From positions 1,674,001 through 1,697,693 of the forward strand of contig OY253670.1 of assembly GCA_958009085.1 (NCBI GenBank): 23,693 nt of DNA, read 5' to 3'. The stretch is from Protoeuglena noctilucae. Taxonomy: Eukaryota. Both the position numbers and the translations under genes were made by a program. The notes under the pieces were generated by a model. The model searched no databases. It worked only from the letters and a program-made list of their open reading frames with translations, and was not told the origin of the DNA. Below, in pieces: positions 11,773 to 21,100 of the stretch. The first letter of the stretch is position 1, and every line of letters begins with the position of its first letter.

Positions 11773-12687
11773 ATGGATGCTGCCGCGATCGAGTCCTTGT
11801 CGAAGCTTTTTGATGTAGGAGAGAAGGCGGTGGAAAAAGGTGAACGCCTACGCACTGGTGCTTGTGTGTGTTTCCCGACTGTCCTTGCTGCTCGCACCGC
11901 CTTCACACATCCGCCCGTCGCAGATGTGCAAGTGTCGGGAGCGTCGCGGGGTTTGAACCCAGGTGGCATCGGGGGCATCATTCCAGGGGTCAAGGTCAAG
12001 GCACCGCGACGAGACCCCAAGGTGCCATGTGACGCAGAGACCCTGCCCTCACCGCTGGTGTCGTGTGCGCAGGCATCGAGTGCCACGCCCCCGCTCCTTA
12101 GCTGCCCCGCAGGCCATCTGGGACGACGACGAGGTCCCGGAGGTGGTGGTGGACGAGGTGGACGACGGGAGGGAGCGTCCGGCGCATGAGTTCTACGTCA
12201 AGCAGGCCGTGGGGACGCAGGACGTCTTCTTAGGCCTCAGCCTTAAGGTGGGGCGCGAGGTCATCGCTGGGGGGGCAGCGCAGTCTCAGCGTCACCTGGT
12301 GCTTGTGAGGCCATCTGTGCCTGGTGCCTCGCAGGACCCCTCGTCCATGTCATGCGAGACGCTGGTGGTGGAGGTGTCCCTCCCGGGCACCGCGTCCGCC
12401 CAGGAGATCGACCTGGACGTGCAGGAGAACTACCTGCGCGTGGCGACGGCGCGGTACAAGCTGGGCACCTTCCTGCCTCAGAGGTGAGGGCAGGAACACA
12501 AATGGCGGCTGAAGTGGCGCTGGGCGAGTGTCCTGGCGACGCGGCCCTCCTCACCGGGTCGCTCTGCGTGCCGCTCAGGGTGCGCAAGGACAAGGGGAAG
12601 GCCGAGTGGATCAAGGACAAGGGCGTCCTGAAGCTGGAGCTGCCCTTCATCAGCGACATGCTGGAGATGATGGGAGGGGGGAGCTAG
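11773..12687 (+). CDS. DNAAF6: Axonemal dynein assembly factor DNAAF6/PIH1D3 (Twister), ~185 aa
   Basis: Exons 11773-11839, 11924-12021, 12113-12247, 12335-12483, 12579-12687 (all GT-AG, 558 nt). Motifs: DPKAIWDDDEV...DDGRERP...KQAVGTQDVFLG..KDPSSMSCETLVVEVSLPG, and CS-domain end GKAEWIKDKGVLKLELP. Confidence 0.88.
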
Positions 12688-13051
12688 CTGTCGGGTTGAG
12701 AGCTCGGAGATGCGGGGTTCCCCCGCTCCACGCCTCCACCCGCATCTGTCGTGCAGCCTCAGGTCGCGCCCGACTCCCTCGGGAGTGCCCTGCCTGCGTC
12801 ATGATCTGGCAGCTGTTGCTGCTTGAGGAAACTAAACTCCTTGATGCTGCCGTGTACGACATCAGTCGTTCACGCCGCCTCCGCTTCGCTCTGTGCCGAG
12901 ACTGAGTGTGTTTTCTATCAGCCGCGATTTTCATCTGAAGTTCTGCAGCTTTTGGACTCCAACTTTGTTTCATCGGCTGGTCAGAACGATCGCGCACTCT
13001 CTTGACGTAGGCATCTGATGCGCTGCGCGTGGCTCTGACGGGATCAGCGCG

Positions 13052-15524
13052 ATGGCGGGGACCGAAAGCGATGTGGAGAGCGAGGGGCCCGATGCCGTGG
13101 GCCCGGCCTCCGTTGACGCGGGAACGCAGCCGGGTGCATGGTTCTACCTCCACCCTGGCACTCAGCAGACATACGGCCCATATACCGTGGCCAGTGAGGA
13201 GCGCGCTCCGTGCCTGGTCTAGCAACGACCATCGCCGCGTCCGGTGCGCACGATCCGCGCTGCGAGGTCCATCCGCGCAACGTAACGCTATTGTACATCA
13301 TGCAGGCCTGGTCGAGCTGGCGCGGTCCGGCTTCCTCGTGCCGTCGCTGCCCTTTGCCCATGCGGGAGGGCAGGAGTGGGCCGCCCTGAGCGACGTGGCG
13401 GAGCTGAGGGGCGTGTATGAAGCGATACCGGAGGAGATGGCGAAGGTGCGTTCACGGGAGGCGCGTGGGACTTGGTTGGCAGCCTGTACTGGGCAATCCA
13501 ATTCATGCAGTGCCCCGCGCTTCTCGGGCAGGTCGCCGGACAGCCCGCGGCCGCGGACTCGGCGCCGGGCGCCTCCCAAGCCACCGCAAGACAGCCATCA
13601 AGCCAAGGCGCCGACGGCCGGGACGCGGATGCGCCTGGGCCAGCGGGTGCCCCCGACCGCTTACAGGCGCACCTGGCCAAGCGGCAGCGAGCGACGGTGG
13701 GGCAGAGGGCCGAGACCGTGAGCCACGCGGACCTGGACATGCTGCGCTTCCAGACGGAGGTGGCAGGCGAGATGTCATGGTAGTCACTGCATACACTGTG
13801 CCTTCCATGGCCGTGCTGGGGGGTCAGGGCGTGTGTCGCACAGCGCTGCCCGCAGGGCTGATGGGCCGGCCCCCGCCCACGGCTGCTGCGGCTGCCCCCG
13901 CGCCCGTGCCTGGCCCTCCTGAGGAGCGTGAGTTCGTGGATGACGATGGGACGCGGTACGTGTGGGACGAGCGGGAGGGGCGGTACGTGCCAGCACCCGC
14001 GGGGCCCGTCCCCACCTACTCGGTCGACGACATGGTGTTCCAAGCAGAGGGGACGCCGGCGGACCCGGTGACACCTGCAGGGGGACCAGCACCCACTGTG
14101 TGCCAGCACGCGCATGTGGTGGCACTGTGCTGGCTGTCATGGCGCGTGCCAATGAGCCCCTGACCACCCCCGCAGCCGACCAAGGACCCTCCCCCCGCGG
14201 ACCCACCCGGCAAGCCCCCCCAGGCCCACACCACCACGTGCGTCTACATCCAGGGCCTGCCCGATGACGTGACGGAGGAGGAGGTGGCAGAGGTGTTCTC
14301 CAAATGCGGCATCATCCGGGAGGATGAGAACCGCGTCAAGAAGATTAAGGCGAGGCGACGGGGAAGGGATGCTGAGGGATGCGGGGCGGGGTCGCCGGCA
14401 ACATCAGCATGGCGCTGTTCCCGACGCAGATTTACCGCAACAAGCAGACGGGACGGCCCAAGGGGGACGCCCTCGTGACCTTCCTCAAGCGCCCCTCCGT
14501 GGACCTGGCGCTTCAGATCCTGGACGGCGCGCCCTTCCGCCCGGATGGGCTGCCCATCAAGGCGAGTGAGGGTGGTGGGGAGGGGCGGGGCAGGGGCGGG
14601 CTGCCCATTATGGCGAGTGACTTAGGGTGGTGGGGAGGGGCGGGGCAGGGGCAGTCACCGCGTCTGCCTGTATGGCATTGCTTATCGTGCATTCAACCTC
14701 GTCTGCAGGTGATGGAGGCGCAGTTCGACGACAAGGCGCAGGGGGGAAACGACCGGGGCGCGGAGCAGGGCGGAAAGGCCAAGGGGAAGGTGGGCGGGAC
14801 TGCGGGTGCGGGAGATGGGCGACAGCGCTGGTTGTGCAGGTGTTGACCGCTGTCCGTCCCCTCGCTCGCAGCCCGGCGTGTCCCGGGGCTCCAAGCGCCG
14901 GCGCACCCCTGCGCAGGAGCAGCTGCTGCACTGGGCGGGGGACGACGAGATGCAGCGCCCGCAGGAGGTGGTGGTGGTGCTGGAGGGGGTGTTTGACCCC
15001 CAGGACATGGCGGTGGGGACGAGGGAGAAGAAGGAGGCGCTGCTGGCGGCGCTGATGAAGGACATGGCGCGGTTCGGGAGGGTCGACAAAGTCAGGTGCG
15101 ACGGTGGGGAGAGACTGCGATGTTGTTGTCTCGCCATCAAGCTCTCCGTCCGTCGACCCACCCCGCGTGTCCCCTTCTTCTCCCTCCCAGGGTCTTCCCC
15201 CAGCACCCCCAGGGCGTGTGCACGGTCAAGTTCATCGACGGCGACTGCGCCACGGCCGCGGTGGAGGGCATGGACGGGGGCGTCTACCGGGGACGCACCC
15301 TGCGTGCGTTCAAGTGGGACGGAAAGCGCAAGTTCGCTGCGGAGAAGGTGCAGGAGACGGAGGAGGACGAGGCGAGGCGACTGGAGGCCTTCTCGCGGGA
15401 GCTGGAGGGGGAGGAGGGAGGGGCGGAGGCGGGGGCAGGGACGCGGGGGGCTGACGCGGGCGCAGAGGCACAGGGCGCTGCCTGGGGTGACGACGAGGAC
15501 GACGACGAGGGCTGGCACCACTAG
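13052..15524 (+). CDS. HTATSF1: U2 snRNP-associated splicing factor Tat-SF1/CUS2 (plant ELF9-like): GYF_2-like domain, RRM and UHM-type RRM, ~557 aa
   Basis: Exons 13052-13193, 13306-13445, 13532-13766, 13856-14067, 14176-14349, 14430-14561, 14709-14789, 14872-15095, 15191-15524 (1674 nt). Motifs: WFYL...YGPYT...EWAALSDVAEL, EFVDDDGTRYVWD, VYIQGLPDDVTEEEVAEVFSKCGIIRED, KIKIY...KGDALVTFLKRPSVDLALQILDG, HPQGVCTVKF...WDG...EARRLEAF. Three donors are GC. Confidence 0.92.
14350..14429 (+). other. GC-AG intron in the Tat-SF1 RRM
   Basis: AAG|GCGAGG...ACGCAG|ATT restores KIK-IY. No usable in-phase GT donor exists in the interval. Confidence 0.88.
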
Positions 15525-15626
15525 TCACCGCGAATTGCAGAAACATGCGGGGCGGCGAGGCCATGGCTCCTTCAACCCCGGCCGGGGCGCCTGTGTGCGG
15601 ATCCTAGTGCATCATACGCGCGACGC

Positions 15627-16152
15627 CTAGCTGGGCGGGAAGAGCTGCGAGTTGATGACGATGCCGGCCAGGCCGATGAGCACGAGGTCCTTAACAGCGG
15701 TGGCCACGATCATGCCCGTCGGGCGCTGCGGGAGAGGCAGGAATCGGCCGCCCCTCGCCGCGCCGCGGACCCGGCTCCGGCCCGCCCAGCACGCGGGCGT
15801 CTTCTTAGGACCACAATGCTTCACGCGCGCTGCCCCCACCTTCTCGTCCGCGTTCATGTCGGGCTTGAGCTCAGGGTACAGGTCCGTCCACCGGCGAGAG
15901 TACTTGCGTGCGACAAACTCCCTCACGTCCCCCGCAGCCTTGGCCTCCACGTTAGACGCTGCGGGAGAAGCACATCGCTGGTTGCCGAAGGTCGCTCGCA
16001 GGGCCACGAGGACGCAGGGAGGCGACAAGGGAGCAGGACGAGGCTCCGCTCGCTGCGCACGCTTGCTGCCGGGGCAGGTCGGTCCTGTGCTCACCGAAGC
16101 CGCGGCAGGCGCCGAGGCCGCGCGCGGCGGCCCTCGCCGCGTTCCCAAACAT
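15627..16152 (-). CDS. Small unidentified protein (91 aa) with mitochondrial-type presequence and C-terminal hydrophobic helix
   Basis: Exons 16152-16095, 15958-15840, 15725-15627, with GT-AG introns in matching phases. Product: MFGNAARAAARGLGACRGFASNVEAKAAGDVREFVARKYSRRWTDLYPELKPDMNADEKRPTGMIVATAVKDLVLIGLAGIVINSQLFPPS. Third codon positions are strongly G/C. Confidence 0.75.
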
Positions 16153-16694
16153 CGCCCCCGCTCCCGCTCCACTCCCCGCTCTGCGTGGGCGCTCAGGCGC
16201 GCTGATGACCACGCTACGTGCCCATGCTCATCACAAGCGTCTTCCACGCGCGCATCAGGGCAACCGCGCGCCCTTCCCTGCCTCACCGGGCCCAGACTGT
16301 GAAACTCGCTGCCGATCTCGGCTCTTGGCCCCCCTCGCTCTCTGACAACCCCCTGACGCACAAAACTGGACGGGCGAGCTGCCCGATGGACGCCATCGGC
16401 GCGCGCCGCGGAACACGGACGTCTGGCGCGCCACTGGCACTTCAAGTCGGCTCTAAATGCTCCCCGCGGCATCCAAGTCCGCGTGTTTTTCATCCATGAT
16501 CCTGTGGCGCGATCGCTGCGCCCGCAGAGGCACGCTCCTGCACGCAGTGGCCATCGCGTTCCGCCACGCCCCGTGCTCGCCGCCTTCCAGTGTTCCCGTC
16601 GAGCCCTGCGAGTCTGGCGTCCCCGAGACTCTGAGCTGAGTCCCGTTTTCGGGCCTGAGGCCGCGGCCGGTGGGCCGCGAGGGCGGGAGAGGCC

Positions 16695-17977
16695 ATGGAC
16701 CCGGCCGAGGAGCAGGCGATGGAGATCGAGGCGCTGCAGGCCATCCTGATGGACGACCTGCACGTGTACGAAGGGAGGGTGCCGGACGTAAGGGCCACCT
16801 GCCGGGGCCGGGCACTCTAGGCCGGATATTGCATTGCGAAAGCAGACGAGGCACGCCCGAGCCGCCCCTCGCTTGCAGGGCTGGCCCGCCGACGCCCAAA
16901 TCTACTCGATCATCCTGTCGCCGCTCGAGGACGGCAGCGTGGGTGAGCAGCGCCCGCTGCCACTTGCCAGACGCCCGGCCCCGCAACCCTGCGTCACTGC
17001 AGCCACGCCACCACCTTTTGTCCCCTGCAGAGCGCGACAAGGCCCCGGCCCTGCTTCAGTTCCTGTTTGCGCACACCCCCGGCTACCCCGCCGAGCCTCC
17101 CCTGGTGCGCCTTCGCAGCGAAAAGGGCCTGAGTGACGCGCGGGTGGCGTCTGCTTCTGCCGTGGTGGACCGCGTGGTGGGGGAGCACCTGGGGACGCCG
17201 ATGGTGTATGACCTGATCACGGCGGCGAGGGAGTGGCTGATGGAGGCAGCGGGGCAGGCGAGCGGGGAGCGGGAGCGGACAGGAGGGTGTGACGTGGGTG
17301 GTGTGCGTGCGTAATGAGTGCAGTGGGGTGCCCATGGCTGCAGGCGACGCAGGAGGCGGAGGACGAGATGGACCACGTCAAGGCACGGAAGAGGGAGGAG
17401 AGGGAACTGAGGGACAGGGAGGCGCAGGTGGGGGGAGGGGAGGGGGCAGGTGTGGGAGTGGGGCAGCGATGGCGCATGTGTGTGTCGCCCACCCCTGTGG
17501 TCATCCCGTGCCTGTCCCCGCAGCGCGCCAAAGGCACCGCGGTGACCCCCGCGTCGTTTGCGGAGTGGAAGGAGCGCTTCGACGCCGAGGCTGCCCTCCA
17601 GCAGGCCAAGCTCATGGACGTGCGTGCGCACGAGGAGCGGATGAAGAGGCCCACGGGGCGGCAGTGGTTCGAGGCGGGGAAGCACGCGGCAGACGAGGAG
17701 CCGCTGGGTGAGAGGGTGTGGGTTGCTGTGGTGGGGATGGTGACTGTGTGTGTCTGCATGCTCATGTGATGGTGATGGTCGCGTGTGTTTGTGCTCGGCA
17801 GGGGAGGGGGACGAGGACGGCATGGACGGCATCGGGGAGGGCGGGGACAGCGACGAGGACGACGACGAGGGATTCCTGGCCGCGTATGGCAGGGGAGGGG
17901 AGGGGAGCGACGGGGATGTGTTTGACGATGATGATGACGATGAGGACGATGAGGACTACGTCGAGGGGGAGGACTGA
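16695..17977 (+). CDS. RWDD1: RWD-domain protein RWDD1/Gir2 (DFRP2, DRG GTPase partner), ~275 aa
   Basis: Exons 16695-16787, 16879-16942, 17031-17257, 17344-17427, 17524-17707, 17802-17977 (828 nt). Motifs: EEQAMEIEALQAI, YPAEPP, LGTPMVYDLI, GTAVTPASFAEWKERF, PTGRQWFE, and an acidic tail. One donor (17258) is GC. Confidence 0.9.
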
Positions 17978-18138
17978 TCAAGGGCGGGGGAACCTGATAT
18001 GGCGTGTGTTTCATGTACACATCACGCGTGCGTTGAAACGCAATGCGAGAGAAAGAAACGCTTATGCGACACAGCAAACGTGGGCAACACCAGCAGCATC
18101 CCCAGGCGCATCCCTGGCCAGGCATCTCCCCGCCTCCA

Positions 18139-21100
18139 TCACCGCCCGTATGCCGGCCCCGGTGCGATGGCCATGAGTCCCCCCTGGTCGCCGCCTCCCC
18201 CCACGGGCCCCCCGCTCGCCTGCAGCGGGGCGTGGCACAGGGGGCAGGCCACGTGGCCCAGCACGTACTCGCTCAGGGAACTGCGGGATGAAGACGGCAG
18301 GAGAGTGTCAGCCATGCGGGCAGGCACATGGGGAAAGCCCCCACACAGTGCCTGCTTGAACAGTGCAGTGCCTTCCCACACAATGCCTGTCCCTCGCCTG
18401 TGCCCGCAGGTGCGGCACTTGACGGCCGACCGCGTGCCCAGGAGGTGCCCCGAGGACACGCACACCCCGCTGCGGATCTCCGCCGCACGCAGACGCTCGG
18501 CCTCGTCCGTGGGGTCGCGGGGCTGCAAGGGGCGACGAGTGGATCACAGTCGCATACACGCACACGTGGAGTGCCCAGGCTCGTAGATGCTCTCATCTGC
18601 GCCTCACCTGGTGCTGCGTGAAGATGGCGAAGGCAAGCTCCGTGAGTGCCTCTGCCTCGGCCCCCTTCCCCCCCCCCATGAGCTGCAGCCGCGTGAATGC
18701 CCGCGAGCACTCCCCCATGTACCCCGCGTAGAAGGACGTCAGGGCCAGCACCGAGTGCACCTCGCGCGCACCCAGCGCGGACTCGAACTTGACAAGGTGG
18801 ATGGCTGCGCGCATGCCGCCCTCGAAGTCGCCCTCGTAGATGCCGCGCAGGGCCATGAGCCAGAAGTGCCACGCCAGGGCGCCGTCCCAGGCGCTGCCCA
18901 CCTCCCGCACCGCCATCTGGGGGGGGACAGAGATGCACGTTGTTACTCAACGGCGCACCCTGCACCTCCACCCCACCTCCGCACACCCATCGGCCATCCC
19001 GGCTGCTCCCACCCCTACTCCTCACCCCGGATGCGTCTGCCTTCATCAGCACCTCATCAGCACCCTCATCCACTCCTCACCTCGGATGCGTCTGCCTTCA
19101 TCAGCCCCGCCAGCGTCTGCTGCGTGGCGTTCCCCCCCCTCGCCCCAGCTCCCACCATTGTCTGCCCCGCCCGCGTCGCCAGCCGCGTGGCGCGCGACGT
19201 CACCCCCGCCGCCGCCCCCCCCACCTCCGCCGCCAGCGACCGCCGCTTGAAGGCCTCCACCTCCAGCGCCGCCAGCACGTGCAGCTTCTTCATGCGCAGG
19301 GGGGGCGCCCCCCTCTCCCCCGCCTCCCTCGCCACCTCCAGCAGCAGCTTGGCCGCCTCCAGGTGCTCTAAAGCACGTCGGTACAGGTCCACGGCGCGGA
19401 AGGTCTGCTGCCGGGCGCGCAGCTGGCTGGCGTGGCGCACCAGCACCTGCGCCGCCTGGCCGTAGTCGTGCTCCTGGGCCAGGTCGACGGCGATGTCCCA
19501 CTCGTGCAGCGCGATGCAGCAGTCGATGGCGCGCTTGACCTGCCCCGCCTTGAGGAAGGCCGTCACGGCCGCGTCGCACACGCCCGCTGCCGCGAGCTTG
19601 TCGCCCAGGGCTGGGGGGAGGGGGAGGGGGGGATGGGGGTTGGCTGTCACCTGAAACGGAAGGGGGTGGGGGAGTGGTGGAGAGGGGTGAGCGGTGGGTG
19701 GACTGGGGGGAAGGGGTGAAGGAGGGAGTGGCGCAGAGGGGTGATGGGCGAGGAAGTGTACGATAGAGGTGGATGCTAGAGTGAGAGTTGGATGCCTGCA
19801 CGCGATGCCACCGACGCGTGACTCACTGAGCAGGAGCGGGTCCCCCTCGGTGAGTGCGTCGATGAGGCTCTCCAGTCCCTTTAAGTCGTCCAGGCGGTGG
19901 AAGCACTCCAGCGACTGTGCGGAGTTCTTGGCCATGACGAAGTAGCGCACCGCCTGCCGCCACGCGCCCCTCTCGGCGTAGTGCTCGCCCAGTCCGTTGA
20001 AGGCGCGGGTGCGGAGGGCGTCGTCGCCGAATCCACTGTCGAGGAACTTGGCCACGTGGAACCAGTCGCCCAGGCGCACGCGGAGATCCAATGCCAGGTC
20101 CACGCGGTCCATCTCCACTAAAAGGGCCTGAGAGAGAGAGAGAGAGAGAAGGGGATCGTGCACTGCCACTCGCAGCTCAGCACAGCCACGCCCCAGGCAA
20201 ACGCGGTGACGAAAGCCCGCCCTTACATGTGACGCCAGTGCCTGCCAGTGACTGCACCCACACCTCTGCCACAGTGCATGTACAACCACAGTGCTCCACT
20301 CACCTCCGCCTCGTCGAATCTCTCCAAGAAGGCCAGCGCCTCGGCCCTCTGCTTCCACGCCTCCCCCAGGCCCCGCAGCCGCTTCACCAGCTGGATGCCG
20401 TGCCAGTCGCGGCCCTGAACGGTCGACGCAGAGAAGCAGGCGTCACAGACAGGCATGCGGTGTCACAGAAAGGCACGCGTTACAAAGAGAGAGAGAGACG
20501 CCATTGGTAGAACAGCATGGCATCAGCCACTCCCCTGCTCTCCCCACCTGCACGAATGCGCGGTCTGCCAGGTCCAGGTCGAGTCTCTCCAGGGCCGTCT
20601 CCGCCACCACGCGCCACAGCCGGGGGTGCCCCGCCTTGCGCATGAACTCGAGCAGGTCGTCGCGGGTGCCCTGGGCCAGCAGCGACCGCGCCTGCTGCAG
20701 GGGACGCGTCTCCACACGCTGCACCCACGCGGGCTGCGGGTCGGCGCCTTCCCCGGAGCAGAGGCGGTCCACGTCCACCACCGTCACTGCGAGGGGGCGA
20801 TGATGCATGTAAGTACTCTTAAGCACGCCAGCGCAGACCAGACCCTCGCATGCGCCACCACCCACGCAACCATGCAAGTGCTGATCGATCACCCCCGCCC
20901 CTCCCTTCTCACCCGTGAGTCCCTCGAATCGTGCGATGTACGACGAGCACGGCACGGGCTCCTCCGCCTCCCCGTCCCGCATCACCACCAGCCGCGCCTT
21001 CTCCATCACCGCCTGGGGGTGGGGTGAATGAGACAGGGTCAGTCCGACACCGTGGCATGGGTCCATGCATGCGTGCATGCCAAGCACACACAGAGAGAGA

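Noticed and set aside
7939..18138. TGTAC in several 3' regions (7947, 12853, 18014) as a variant of the algal TGTAA poly(A) signal
   Set aside because: Too few cases, variable distance from the stop, and absent from other 3' regions.
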